Positions 16,981 to 27,395 of a DNA stretch of 64,000 nucleotides are shown piece after piece (within the stretch, counting starts at the first letter, position 1; each line of letters begins with the position of its first letter). Both the position numbers and the translations under genes were made by a program. The notes under the pieces were generated by a model, which saw only the letters and a program-made list of their open reading frames with translations, did not search any database and was not told the DNA's origin. The DNA is from Candidatus Latescibacterota bacterium (lineage in GTDB: Bacteria > Latescibacterota > UBA2968 > GCA-2709665), in the NCBI GenBank assembly GCA_965222075.1, contig OZ244937.1, forward strand, positions 4,768,001 through 4,832,000, written 5' to 3'.

Positions 16981-18876
16981 ATGCCGCTCATTCACCTCGA
17001 AAATATCTGCAAAGCTTACGGCGCCAAACCGGTCCTTACGTCGATTTTCTGGAAAATTGAACCGGGCGACCGTATCGGGCTGGTTGGGCTCAATGGCTGC
17101 GGCAAGACCACCCTCTTCCACCTCCTCACAGGCCGCCTCTTTCCCGATCAGGGCAGCGTCCATCCACAGCGTTCCCTGAAGGTCGCATACCTCCCTCAGG
17201 CCCCCGCGCTTGAGTGTGGGGCCACGGTTCTGAAAACGGCCCTTCAGGGCTTTCAAGGCCTGCTGGACCTTCAGGATCGCCTCAAAACGCTCGAAAGCTG
17301 GATAGCCTCTGGAAACGCTGCCCTCTTAGAGGAATACGGGCGCCTCCGCGACCGGTACGAAAGGGAAGGGGGGTATGCCTCAGAGGCCCGTGCCAAGGCC
17401 ATCCTCTATGGGCTCGGGTTCCGGGAAGGGGACCTCGACCTCCAGGTGGACCTCTTAAGCGGCGGTCAAAAAAACCGCCTCGCTTTGGCGCAGCTCCTCT
17501 CAGGCGAGCCCGACCTCCTCTTGCTCGACGAGCCCACCAACCACCTCGACCTCCAGGCGATGGAGTGGTTGGAAGGCTTCCTAACAGACTGCGACGGTGC
17601 CTTTGTTGTCGTCTCTCACGATCGGTATTTTCTGGATCGGACCGTGAGTGAAATCGTCGAACTGGAGGGAGGGCGCCTTGAACACTATGCCGGGAGTTAC
17701 ACCTTCTACGCCGCCGAAAAAAAGCGGCGGCAGGAGCAGCAGCAGAAAGTCTATGGTCAACAGCAGGCCTATATTGCCCGCACCGAAGAATACATCCAGA
17801 AGAATATAGCGGGACAAAAAACAAAGCAGGCGCAGAGCCGCCGGAACGCCTTGGCCAAACTGGAGCGGATGGATCGTCCGGCCGCACACCGGGACATCTC
17901 CCTCCAGTTCACACCCGGGGCCCGCGGGGGCAACCGCGTCCTCCAGGCTGAGGCCCTCTCCAAGTCCTACGACAACCGCCCCCTCTTTGAGGGGCTCGAC
18001 CTGATCCTCTGGCGGGGAGACCGGCTTGGTATTGTGGGGCCCAACGGGTCGGGAAAAACCACCCTGCTCAAGCTCCTTACCAGCCAGATTCCGGCCGATG
18101 CCGGACGGGTATCCCTTGGGCGAGGCGTTCAAATAGGCTACTACGACCAGATCCGCCAGGACCTCAACCCGGACCTTACAGTCTTAGAAGAGGTCTGGTC
18201 GGTTACCCCGAAAGCCCCCGTGAGCGAGGTCCGCAACCTCCTGGGCGCCTTTCTCTTTTCAGGAGACGCCGTCGATCGGGAAATCGGCAGCCTCAGCGGG
18301 GGGGAACAGAGCCGGGTTGCCCTGGCCAAGCTGATGCGGGACCGTGTGAACCTGCTGGTCTTAGATGAGCCGACCAACCACTTAGACATCCCCTCCCGAA
18401 TCGTACTGGAGGAAGCCCTGGAGCAGTTTGACGGCACCCTCATCGTCGTCTCCCACGACCGCTACTTCCTCAACCGCCTCGTCAGCCGCCTGCTCGTTCT
18501 CGAAGCCGGAACCTGGAAACGCATAGAGGGGAGCTACGAGGCGTTTCAGTGCCAGTCCGTTCCTCCCCCTGCTCGGCCCTCCGCGCAAGACCTCAACAAG
18601 GCCGCACGGAAGGCCGTCTACAGTAAAACACGCAGGGCCCAGCGCGAACAGGAACGTCGAAAACGCCGCGCTTTGAAACTCGAAAAGGAAATCGCAGAAC
18701 TCGAAAAGGAAATGGAGCGTCTGGACACGGAGATGTCGCAGGAAGGCCTCACGGCCGACTGGCTCCGACTCCAGGAGATGTCTCAGGCGTGTTCCCGGAT
18801 TCAGGACCGGATCGACGAATGCTTTGCAGAGTGGGAAACGGTTGAGGCCGAAATGGCCGTAACAAGGACGGAGTGA
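16981..18876 (+). CDS. ABC-F family ATP-binding protein
   Basis: Two ABC domains (GLNGCGKT, LSGG, DEPTNHLD, SHDRYFL), no TM, coiled-coil tail. Confidence 0.95.
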   Translation: MPLIHLENICKAYGAKPVLTSIFWKIEPGDRIGLVGLNGCGKTTLFHLLTGRLFPDQGSVHPQRSLKVAYLPQAPALECGATVLKTALQGFQGLLDLQDRLKTLESWIASGNAALLEEYGRLRDRYEREGGYASEARAKAILYGLGFREGDLDLQVDLLSGGQKNRLALAQLLSGEPDLLLLDEPTNHLDLQAMEWLEGFLTDCDGAFVVVSHDRYFLDRTVSEIVELEGGRLEHYAGSYTFYAAEKKRRQEQQQKVYGQQQAYIARTEEYIQKNIAGQKTKQAQSRRNALAKLERMDRPAAHRDISLQFTPGARGGNRVLQAEALSKSYDNRPLFEGLDLILWRGDRLGIVGPNGSGKTTLLKLLTSQIPADAGRVSLGRGVQIGYYDQIRQDLNPDLTVLEEVWSVTPKAPVSEVRNLLGAFLFSGDAVDREIGSLSGGEQSRVALAKLMRDRVNLLVLDEPTNHLDIPSRIVLEEALEQFDGTLIVVSHDRYFLNRLVSRLLVLEAGTWKRIEGSYEAFQCQSVPPPARPSAQDLNKAARKAVYSKTRRAQREQERRKRRALKLEKEIAELEKEMERLDTEMSQEGLTADWLRLQEMSQACSRIQDRIDECFAEWETVEAEMAVTRTE

Positions 18877-18938
18877 AATGTCCAAAATCCTGCAAAAGCG
18901 TCCGGAGGCCCTGGAGAACGGAACGGAAACACAAAAAT

Positions 18939-18965
18939 AAAAAAGGGGCGCGGCATGCCGCGCCC
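18939..18965 (-). terminator. Terminator at the end of the bamA-skp-fabZ run
   Basis: GGGCGCGGC/GCCGCGCCC stem with an A-run on the left. Confidence 0.65.
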
Positions 18966-18989
18966 GATATACCCCACTGCCTGGCCCTG

Positions 18990-19427
18990 CTATTGCTCCT
19001 TTTGTTCCACAATTGTCGCTATTAGTTCCGCCTCGGCCGCCAGGTTCTCCCCTACAAACGCTCGGCCGGCAACCCGGCACACATTCCGCCTCTGCTGCAG
19101 AACCTCCACCTCCAGCCTCAGCTGATCCCCCGGCACCACCTGCCGCCGAAATCGCGCCTTGTCGATCCCCATAAACAACGGGATGCCATCCTCTCCTACC
19201 TCATTGCCCATCAAGACACCGGCAGTCTGAGCCAGCGCCTCCACAATCAGCACACCCGGCATCAGGGGCCGCCCTGGGAAGTGTCCCGCAAAAAAGGGTT
19301 CGTTGGCCGTGACATTCTTGATGGCCACGGCGCGCTGTCCCGGATCCAGTTCCACAACCCGATCAACGAGCAAAAAAGGGTACCGGTGCGGCAAAATCCT
19401 CTGAATCGCCTCAGTGTCTAACGCCAC
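18990..19427 (-). CDS. fabZ: 3-hydroxyacyl-ACP dehydratase
   Basis: [27 protein letters not shown]; GTG start after AAGGAG (track start 19442). Confidence 0.96.
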   Translation of the reverse strand: MALDTEAIQRILPHRYPFLLVDRVVELDPGQRAVAIKNVTANEPFFAGHFPGRPLMPGVLIVEALAQTAGVLMGNEVGEDGIPLFMGIDKARFRRQVVPGDQLRLEVEVLQQRRNVCRVAGRAFVGENLAAEAELIATIVEQKEQ

Positions 19428-19441
19428 CTGTCTCCTTTCCA

Positions 19442-20014
19442 TTATCGGTTGGGTCCAGGTCCCTGTTTCTTCTTCTCCACCGCCTCCAACTCCTTCTGCA
19501 GCGCCTCCAGAACCTTCTCGGTCAGATCGTGCGCGTCGTCCGCATAGGCCAAGGCAGCAGAATTGAGCACAAAATCGTACCCATTGTCCTTGGCCACGAT
19601 CTGCACGACCTCATTGACCTTGTTGAGGATCGGCGCTAAAACCTCCTGATTCTTTTGTGTCAGTTTTCCTCTTGCAGGGTCCCCGATATCCTGCAGAAAT
19701 CGGTTCAGTTCCGCCGTCTTCCTGGCGATTTCCCGCTCTGTCTCCTCTTTCCAACTTTTACTGCTAATCAGCTTCCGCTGCTCATAAGTCGCCTGCAGCT
19801 TTTTCAATTCGTTCTCGCGCTTCGAATACTCTCTTTCCAGCTCCATCCGATACCCCTGGACTTCCTTCTCAGCCTCCTGAAAGGGTTTATATTTGGCCAG
19901 GATCTGTTCGGAATCCAGATAGCCGATCTTCACCTGTGCCCAGGATGTCGATGCCGCCAAGAGCGCAACCATCCCTGCAAACCCCGCAATCAAACAGAAT
20001 CGTCTCCGCCTCAT
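19442..20014 (-). CDS. skp: OmpH/Skp outer-membrane protein chaperone
   Basis: Signal peptide, KIGYLD, coiled coil, GYDFVL, DLTEKVL; between bamA and fabZ. Confidence 0.9.
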   Translation of the reverse strand: MRRRRFCLIAGFAGMVALLAASTSWAQVKIGYLDSEQILAKYKPFQEAEKEVQGYRMELEREYSKRENELKKLQATYEQRKLISSKSWKEETEREIARKTAELNRFLQDIGDPARGKLTQKNQEVLAPILNKVNEVVQIVAKDNGYDFVLNSAALAYADDAHDLTEKVLEALQKELEAVEKKKQGPGPNR

Positions 20015-20053
20015 TACGTTATCTCTCCTCCCGTTTAGATAGTGGACACGGAA

Positions 20054-22369
20054 CTAGAAGAACTGCGGCCCAAACTGAAAGTGTGTCATCATTTGAGTCG
20101 GGGTACCATCTACTCGGCTTCTGTCAAGTCCCCAGGCAAAATCGAACCCCATGATCCCAACAATCGGTGCGATAATCCGGATACCGAACCCGACGCCGCG
20201 CCTCAAGTCGAAAAGGCTGGTCTCCGACAGATTTGACCATGCATTCCCCGCATCGGCAAAAATCAAACCGTAGAACTGGTTTTTCACGAGCGGAACACTG
20301 ATCTCCAGGTTCATCAGGAACTGCGATTGGCCACCGATCGGCGTGCCGTTGATATTGCGCGGCCCGATAGACTGTTCGATATACCCCCGAATCATCGTAC
20401 CTTCAATGAAGTTAACCCCACCGGGGGTATAAAGCTCGCTGAACGGGACCGTTCTGCTACCGTAATTGGCCACCATACCCAGCTGGGTCTTCAGACCCAC
20501 GGCAAACTTCCAGAAGAGGGGAAAGTAGGAACTGGACACAATGTCGTGCTTGTGGAAGTCTGTGTTTCCCCCCAGCGGGCCTCCGGCAATTGTTGGGGTA
20601 TAAGAGAAAACCGATCCTCGAGTCGGAAAAATCGGAAGGTCCCGGCTATCCCGGGTATAGTTGAAATTGACGCTGCTGGTCACATTGTCGCGCAGTGAGG
20701 TCTGCAGACGCTCATCCTGCGATATATCCTGGGAGAAGTTGATAAACCTGACCTGTTCGATCCGGTATCCAACAGACACCCGGGAGTAGTCGGGCCAGAC
20801 CAGTCGGCGACCCACCCGGATCAAGGCCCCCTGCCGTTTCTGGTCGAAATCGCTGAAAAACCGCTGCGTATCCCGAAACAGCGTCCCCGATATGCTGGTG
20901 GGCGTATTGAACAGCCAGGGCTCCGTAAACCCAATCCGAAAGGTCGACCGCCGGGACCCGAACTCCCACTGAAAGTCGAGCTGCTGCCCGTTGCCCATAA
21001 AATTGGGGATCTGCAGCGCAGCGGTCCCCACGATCTTGTCCCGCTCGGAAAAACCTGCGCCTACGGAGGCCGTGCCGGTTGACTTCTCTTCGACCTTGAA
21101 CGTCAAGTCGATCTCCGACTTCTCTTCAATCGGCTTCATCGGAACATCCACATTGTTGAAATAATTGAGCTGTTGGATGTTCCGAACGCTCCGCTCGATC
21201 AGGGCGCGTCTGAAGGTCTGGCCCGGCTGAATCCAGAGTTCCCGGCGAATCACCCGGTCTTTCGTCTTTGTATTTCCCGCAATATTCACCTGCCGCACCT
21301 TCCAGGGCTTGTTCTCCGTGACCTGGAAATGAACGTCAATCGTATGCCCTTCCCTGGGCGTCTCCCGAGGAGCGACAAACGCGCCAATATAGCCGATATT
21401 ATTATAATCTACAGTAACCTGCTCGTGAGACTTATCGATCCGCTCGGAACTGTAAACGGTCCCCTCTTCGGCCACAATCAAATGTGCCATTCTTTCATTC
21501 GAAACCTGCTCGTTACCCTCCCACGTGATCTTTCCAAAGGTATAAAGCGACCCTTCACGCACGGCAATATCGATATAGAGATCTTTCTTGTTTTCGGCAT
21601 AAGAGAGGCTGTCGCTTACAATTTCCGCATCCCGGTACCCGTTTTTATTGTAAAACTCCACAATCTTTTTCTTGTCGTCCTCGTAGGTCTCCTCTCTGAA
21701 TTTCCCCCCGCCAATCCACCACCCGTCCTGCTTTGTCTCTTTCATCTGTTTACGGAGCTTTTTATCCGGAAAGGACGCGTTTCCTGAAAACCGGATCTTC
21801 TTCAGATTGACCTTTCCGCCCTCTCTAATCTTAAAAATCAGTGGCATACGCCCTTCGTCATCCCGTTCTCCCCGACCCGTTTCGGCCCCCGCCAGCAGGT
21901 ACCCCTCCTCCCGATAGAGATCCAGGATTTTGTTCTGTGCCCGTTTTTCCGATTGCGGCGAAATGAACTGCCCCCGGATAAGCCCCAGCTTCTTCTTCAG
22001 CTTTTTGGACTTAATCGCCTTGTTCCCCTCAAATTGTATCTCTCCCAGCTTGGGATACTCTTCCACAACAATCTCAACGGCAACCCCTTCTTCCACATCC
22101 GGGTCGATGAAGATCTGGATATTGGAAAACATATCCATTTTGTAGAGGTTGCGAATGGCCCGAGCGGTATCCCCGGACAGCAGTCGTTGCTCTTCGATCA
22201 GGCCGCAGGAAGATCGAATGAGGTACTCCTCTGTAATCTGATTGCCCCGGACGCGAATTTCAGAGACAATAAGTTCCCTCTTCTGAGCCTCAACGCCCCT
22301 GGGCAGAAGCACGCCCAGTCCGATCAGCACAAAACAAAAACCAAGAGACGACCGATTCATCAAAAACAA
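20054..22369 (-). CDS. bamA: Outer membrane protein assembly factor BamA
   Basis: POTRA repeats (GNTKTKDRVIRRE), IRGY motif, C-terminal Phe. Confidence 0.95.
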   Translation of the reverse strand: MFLMNRSSLGFCFVLIGLGVLLPRGVEAQKRELIVSEIRVRGNQITEEYLIRSSCGLIEEQRLLSGDTARAIRNLYKMDMFSNIQIFIDPDVEEGVAVEIVVEEYPKLGEIQFEGNKAIKSKKLKKKLGLIRGQFISPQSEKRAQNKILDLYREEGYLLAGAETGRGERDDEGRMPLIFKIREGGKVNLKKIRFSGNASFPDKKLRKQMKETKQDGWWIGGGKFREETYEDDKKKIVEFYNKNGYRDAEIVSDSLSYAENKKDLYIDIAVREGSLYTFGKITWEGNEQVSNERMAHLIVAEEGTVYSSERIDKSHEQVTVDYNNIGYIGAFVAPRETPREGHTIDVHFQVTENKPWKVRQVNIAGNTKTKDRVIRRELWIQPGQTFRRALIERSVRNIQQLNYFNNVDVPMKPIEEKSEIDLTFKVEEKSTGTASVGAGFSERDKIVGTAALQIPNFMGNGQQLDFQWEFGSRRSTFRIGFTEPWLFNTPTSISGTLFRDTQRFFSDFDQKRQGALIRVGRRLVWPDYSRVSVGYRIEQVRFINFSQDISQDERLQTSLRDNVTSSVNFNYTRDSRDLPIFPTRGSVFSYTPTIAGGPLGGNTDFHKHDIVSSSYFPLFWKFAVGLKTQLGMVANYGSRTVPFSELYTPGGVNFIEGTMIRGYIEQSIGPRNINGTPIGGQSQFLMNLEISVPLVKNQFYGLIFADAGNAWSNLSETSLFDLRRGVGFGIRIIAPIVGIMGFDFAWGLDRSRVDGTPTQMMTHFQFGPQFF

Positions 22370-22415
22370 AACCGTTTACCTCCACACCGAGGCGATGTCT
22401 ATAGGTCTTGAGGTG

Positions 22416-22445
22416 CTCTCCGCGCCCTCTGCGTCTCTGCGGTGA
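22416..22445. repeat. CTCTGCGTC-type intergenic repeat
   Basis: 22417-22443 matches 60611-60637 at 25 of 27 nt. Confidence 0.7.
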
Positions 22446-22556
22446 ATATCTGTGTATATAGAAAACGCCCGGCCCGGCAAAAGGTTCCTGGGGTACGCCA
22501 AACTGGCCCGGGCGAAAACACCCGGGCCCTGTTGGTCAAACAGCGAACATAAGGGG

Positions 22557-25028
22557 TCAGGCCTTATCCTGATCCAGAAGTTCCTCGTCCATCGAATCTG
22601 CATCCATCGCATTCTCGTCGATGAAGTTGAGCCCGTCCCCCTTTTTGGTAATTCGAATCTTGCTTCCTGCGTTGAACCGCCCCTGGATAATCTCCTCGGC
22701 CATCGGATCTTCCACCATCTTCTGAAGGGTCCGCTTCAGATGCCGGGCGCCATAGGTCGGATCGTACCCCTTTTCGGCAATCAACGCCTTTGCACCTGGT
22801 GTTAGACTCACCGTAATACCCCGTTCTTCAACCCGGGAGAGAATCGTGGCTAAGTCGATATCCACAATCTGAATAATTTCTTTCCGGTCCAGAGGGTTGA
22901 AGATCACGATCTCGTCCAATCGGTTGAGGAACTCGGGGTTGAAGGTCTTCTTGAGCTCCTCCTGGATGCGCTCTTCCATTTTTTCCCGAATCGTCTTCTT
23001 ATCCGACTTGCTGAACCCCAATCCGCTGCTTTTGGTCAGATCTCTGGTCCCCAGGTTAGACGTCATAATCAGAATGGTGTTTTTGAAATTCACCTTCCGT
23101 CCAAAGCTGTCGGTCAATCGCCCCTCGTCCAGCGCCTGCAGAAGAATATTAAACACATCCGGATGTGCCTTTTCGATCTCATCTAAAAGGACCACCGAAT
23201 AGGGCCGCCTGCGCACCTTCTCCGTTAACTGCCCCCCTTCGTCGTAGCCGATATACCCCGGAGGTGCCCCCACCAGCCGGGACACCGCGAACTTCTCCAT
23301 GTACTCAGACATATCAACCGTAACAAGGGCCTCCTCATCGTCGAAAAGGTAGCGTGCTAAGGCCTGCGCCAGGTAGGTCTTTCCAATACCGGTCGGTCCT
23401 AAAAAGAGGAAAGTGCCAATGGGACAGTTGGGGTCTTTCAACCCCGCGCGGGTGCGGCGAATCGACCGACAGACCGTCTGTACGGCCTCATCCTGCCCGA
23501 CCACCCACTTCTTCAGTTTTTCCTCCATCTGGAGCAGCTTTTCCGACTCGGCCTGTGCCAGCCGGAAGACCGGGATGCCCGTCATGCTGGAGATCACTTC
23601 GGCGATGTGCTCCTCGTTCACCTCCACCACTTCATCCCTGACCTTCTCTTCCCACTCCTGCCGTTTCTCATCCAGGTGTTCCTTCAGCTTCCGCTCCTGA
23701 TCTCGAAGCTTGGCCGCCTCTTCAAACTGCTGGCTGTTTGCAGCCGTATTCTTCTGCCGCGTTACCTCCTCAATCTCAAGCTCCAGCGATTTGATCTCTT
23801 CTGGCGGATTCAGCCGTCCGAGGCGAACGCGGGAACCGGTTTCATCGATCACATCAATAGCCTTATCGGGCAAATACCGATCGCTGATGTAACGGTTTGC
23901 CATCTGCACGGCGCCCTCAAGTGCTTCATCTGTAAACTTCACCATGTGGTGCGCCTCAAAACTCGACTTGACTCCCTTGAGGATCTCAATGGTATCCCCC
24001 ACCGAAGGAGCCTCCACCAAGATCGTCTGAAAGCGGCGTTCGAGCGCCCCATCTTTCTCGATATATTTCCGGTACTCATCAAGCGTGGTAGCACCGATGC
24101 ACTGAAGTTCACCCCGAGAAAGCGCGGGCTTGAACATATTCGAAGCGTCCAGCGTACCTTCCGCACTTCCGGCGCCAACAATGGTATGAAGCTCATCGAT
24201 AAAGATGACCACATCCTGACTTTGCTGCAACTCGTTCATCACCGCCTTGATCCGTTCTTCAAACTGTCCGCGGTACTTGGTCCCCGCAACAATTCCACCC
24301 ATATCTAAGGTAACCACCCGCTTGTCCGCCAGCACCTGCGGCACCCGCCGTTCCACAATACGCTGGGCCAGCCCTTCTACAATCGCCGTTTTCCCCACAC
24401 CCGGTTCACCGATCAGCACCGGATTGTTCTTTTTTCGCCGGCTGAGGACCTGAGAGACCCGCTCGATCTCTTGATCTCTACCAATCACAGGATCCAGCTT
24501 TCCCTCCCGGGCCAGTTCTGTCAGATCCCGACCAAAGTGATCCAGAAACGGCGTCTTGCTCTTCTTCTTTTCGCGTTTACCGGTTGGCTTACCTTGCAAA
24601 ACGGCGATCACCTCCTCCTTGACAGCTTTGTGGTCTACGCCAAAAGCCGCTAAGATCTGGGCTGCCATAATCTCCTTGTCTTTAAGCAGAGCCAAAAGCA
24701 GGTGACAGGTCCTCACAACCTGGCTCTTCATCTCTTTGGCCTCGTTGGCCGCAACTTCCAGAATCTGCTTGGCCCGTGGCGTAAAAGGGACTTCTCCCAT
24801 CGTCATCGATCCACCCGAGGAAGCCACATAGTCGTCAATCGATTGTTTGATACTCTCCAGGTTCAGCCCCAGGTTCAGCAGCACCGTCACTGCCGAGCCT
24901 TTCCCATGCCGGATGATCCCCAGCAGAAGGTGTTCGCTGCTGATATAATTGGTCCCCAGCCGTGCCGCTTCTTCGCGGGCCAATTGCATCACCCGCTTCA
25001 CGTTGTCCGAAAACATGATGTTATTCAT
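22557..25028 (-). CDS. clpC: ATP-dependent Clp protease ATP-binding subunit ClpC
   Basis: Clp-N repeats, [11 protein letters not shown] coiled coil, GPTGIGKT; start MNNIMF (track start 25064). Confidence 0.95.
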   Translation of the reverse strand: MNNIMFSDNVKRVMQLAREEAARLGTNYISSEHLLLGIIRHGKGSAVTVLLNLGLNLESIKQSIDDYVASSGGSMTMGEVPFTPRAKQILEVAANEAKEMKSQVVRTCHLLLALLKDKEIMAAQILAAFGVDHKAVKEEVIAVLQGKPTGKREKKKSKTPFLDHFGRDLTELAREGKLDPVIGRDQEIERVSQVLSRRKKNNPVLIGEPGVGKTAIVEGLAQRIVERRVPQVLADKRVVTLDMGGIVAGTKYRGQFEERIKAVMNELQQSQDVVIFIDELHTIVGAGSAEGTLDASNMFKPALSRGELQCIGATTLDEYRKYIEKDGALERRFQTILVEAPSVGDTIEILKGVKSSFEAHHMVKFTDEALEGAVQMANRYISDRYLPDKAIDVIDETGSRVRLGRLNPPEEIKSLELEIEEVTRQKNTAANSQQFEEAAKLRDQERKLKEHLDEKRQEWEEKVRDEVVEVNEEHIAEVISSMTGIPVFRLAQAESEKLLQMEEKLKKWVVGQDEAVQTVCRSIRRTRAGLKDPNCPIGTFLFLGPTGIGKTYLAQALARYLFDDEEALVTVDMSEYMEKFAVSRLVGAPPGYIGYDEGGQLTEKVRRRPYSVVLLDEIEKAHPDVFNILLQALDEGRLTDSFGRKVNFKNTILIMTSNLGTRDLTKSSGLGFSKSDKKTIREKMEERIQEELKKTFNPEFLNRLDEIVIFNPLDRKEIIQIVDIDLATILSRVEERGITVSLTPGAKALIAEKGYDPTYGARHLKRTLQKMVEDPMAEEIIQGRFNAGSKIRITKKGDGLNFIDENAMDADSMDEELLDQDKA

Positions 25029-25082
25029 ATCCGTCTCCTCTTCCCTGCTTGTGGCTTCCCACACCCTTCAAGGCGCTTAACA

Positions 25083-25763
25083 TCAGGCCGAATCTACAAT
25101 CCGTCCGTCTTCCATCCGGACAATCCGATCGGCTCGTCTGGCCAGAGCCACGTCGTGGGTGACCAACACAAAGGTCTGTTCCAAATTGTGGGCAAGTTCC
25201 CAGATCATATCGTGGAGTTCAACACTTCGCTCCACGTCTAAGTTGCCCGAAGGCTCATCGGCTAAGACCAGCTTTGGGCGCGTCACCAGCGCCCGGGCCA
25301 CGGCCACCCGCTGCAATTCCCCCCCCGACAGTTCCGCCGGAAGGTGGTCCATTCGGTCCGAAAGCCCAACGCTTTGGAACAACGCAGCCGCAGGCCCCCA
25401 AGCCTGCGCCGCATCCTGCCCCTGAATCATCAAAGGCAGCATCACATTTTCCAGCGCTGTAAAATCGGCAAGCAGGTGGTGGAACTGAAAAACGAAACCT
25501 ACCGCTCGATTTCGAAACCGGGCCCTCTCGGCATCCGGAAGGGCGAACACGTCCGTAGCATCGATCCACACCGATCCCGAAGAAGGGTGATCCAACCCCC
25601 CCAGGATGTGCAGAAGCGTACTCTTGCCAACCCCCGAAGGCCCAACCACTGCCACGATCTCTCCGGGCGCTACCGACAGATCAATCTCTTTGAGCACCTC
25701 AAGCTCGGTATCCCCCATGCGATACCGCTTGGTAACCCTCACCGCCTTCAGCAGGCTACCCAT
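25083..25763 (-). CDS. lolD: LolD-like ABC transporter ATP-binding protein
   Basis: GPSGVGKST, GFVFQFHHLL (LolD motif), LSGGE, ADEPSGNLD. Confidence 0.85.
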   Translation of the reverse strand: MGSLLKAVRVTKRYRMGDTELEVLKEIDLSVAPGEIVAVVGPSGVGKSTLLHILGGLDHPSSGSVWIDATDVFALPDAERARFRNRAVGFVFQFHHLLADFTALENVMLPLMIQGQDAAQAWGPAAALFQSVGLSDRMDHLPAELSGGELQRVAVARALVTRPKLVLADEPSGNLDVERSVELHDMIWELAHNLEQTFVLVTHDVALARRADRIVRMEDGRIVDSA

Positions 25764-27303
25764 CAACCCCTTCCCCCACCTTCGACCGGCCCTCTTCGGG
25801 ACGCATATGGGGAAAAAGGATCACATCCCGAATCGACGGTGAATCGGTCAGCAGCATCACCAGCCGGTCAACACCGAACCCGAATCCTCCCGTGGGGGGC
25901 ATCCCGTACTCTAAGGCCCGGATGTAATCCTCATCTAAGACCTGCGCCTCCTCATCCCCCCTCTCCCTCAGGGCCATCTGCTGTTCGAACCGCCGCCGCT
26001 GGTCGATCGGATCGTTCAACTCCGAAAAGGCATTCCCCGCCTCCCAACCGCAGATAAACGGCTCGAACCGCTCGGTCAACTCAGGGTCCTCCCGGTGCCG
26101 CTTGGCCAGCGGGGACAGCTCAACCGGGTAATCGATAATAAAGGTCGGCTGGATCAGATGGGGCTGCACACAGGCCTTAAAGATCTCATCGATCAGCTGC
26201 CCCCGATCCGCATTCGGATTGACCTCCACCTCCAGCCGCCGACACACCACCCGTAGCTCATCCTCCGATGCCCCCCGAAGGTTCCCTCCCCCGTGGGCCT
26301 CGATCGCCTCCAGCATCGTCATCCGTCGCCACGGAGACGACAGATCAATCTCCTGGCCCTGATAGGTAATCCTGTGTGAACCGGTCACCTCCTGCGCCAC
26401 AGAGGCAAACAGCTTCTCAGCCAGCGCCATCATATCTGTATAATCGGCATAGGCCTGGTAAAGCTCCAGCAGCGTAAACTCAGGATTGTGCGACCGGTCG
26501 ATCCCCTCGTTGCGAAACACCTTGCTGAATTCGTAGACCCGTTCAAAACCGCCCACGATCAGACGCTTTAAGTAAAGCTCGTTGGAAATCCGGAGGTAAA
26601 GCTTCATATCGAGAGCATTGTGGTGCGTCACAAACGGCCGGGCCGAGGCCCCTCCGTAGAGGGGCTGTAAAACCGGGGTGTCGAGCTCCAAGAACTCCCG
26701 CTCATCCAGAAACCTCCGGATGGCCGAAACAATGGCGATACGCCTTCGAAAAACCTCCTGGACCTCCGGATTCAGCGCCAGGTCGAGGTACCGCCGCCGA
26801 TAGCGCAACTCCTTGGCGCTGAACGCATCATGGACCATCCGCTGGCCGTCCCGGACCTCCTCTTTGGGCACAGGTAGCGGCCGAATCGCCTTGGAAAGCA
26901 GCTCCAGGTGCTGCACCTGAACGGTCATTTCGCCCGTCCGCGTGCGAAACACCGGGCCGGTAACCCCGATGAAATCTCCGATATCGAGCAGCTTCCAAAG
27001 CTGAAACGCCTCGTCCCCGACCACATCTAGCTTAAGGTAGATCTGCATCCGCCCCGTCTTATCCCGCAGATCGGCGAACGAGGACTTTCCGTGCCCCCGA
27101 ACGACCATCAGGCGGCCCGCCACGGCCACCTCGGTCTTCAAATCCTCAAGATTTTCAAACGCTTCCCGAATTTCCCCGAAGGTGTGAGTGACTTGAAATT
27201 TATAGGGATAGGGCGTAACCCCCATCTCCCGAATCGCCTCCAGCTTCTGTATCCGCTGGGCGATCAATTGCGCCTCCGGGGCGGACGACCCTTCTTCAGT
27301 CAA
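25756..27303 (-). CDS. lysS: Lysine--tRNA ligase (class II)
   Basis: RYRRRYLDL, GGASARPF, FRNEG, HNPEFT, YGMPPTGG. Confidence 0.97.
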   Translation of the reverse strand: MTEEGSSAPEAQLIAQRIQKLEAIREMGVTPYPYKFQVTHTFGEIREAFENLEDLKTEVAVAGRLMVVRGHGKSSFADLRDKTGRMQIYLKLDVVGDEAFQLWKLLDIGDFIGVTGPVFRTRTGEMTVQVQHLELLSKAIRPLPVPKEEVRDGQRMVHDAFSAKELRYRRRYLDLALNPEVQEVFRRRIAIVSAIRRFLDEREFLELDTPVLQPLYGGASARPFVTHHNALDMKLYLRISNELYLKRLIVGGFERVYEFSKVFRNEGIDRSHNPEFTLLELYQAYADYTDMMALAEKLFASVAQEVTGSHRITYQGQEIDLSSPWRRMTMLEAIEAHGGGNLRGASEDELRVVCRRLEVEVNPNADRGQLIDEIFKACVQPHLIQPTFIIDYPVELSPLAKRHREDPELTERFEPFICGWEAGNAFSELNDPIDQRRRFEQQMALRERGDEEAQVLDEDYIRALEYGMPPTGGFGFGVDRLVMLLTDSPSIRDVILFPHMRPEEGRSKVGEGVDG

Positions 27304-27395
27304 GCGCTAATTCCTCCCCTCAAAACGGGTTCAAACAGGGGTATTTCGTAATTTTTCTAAATTCAAAAATAGTATAACCAATCTAAAGGTGGAAG

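Noticed and set aside
20054-20057. CTAG appears rare across the window (one seen here; TTAG/CTAA used instead)
   Set aside because: Not counted rigorously, and CTAG avoidance is widespread in bacteria.
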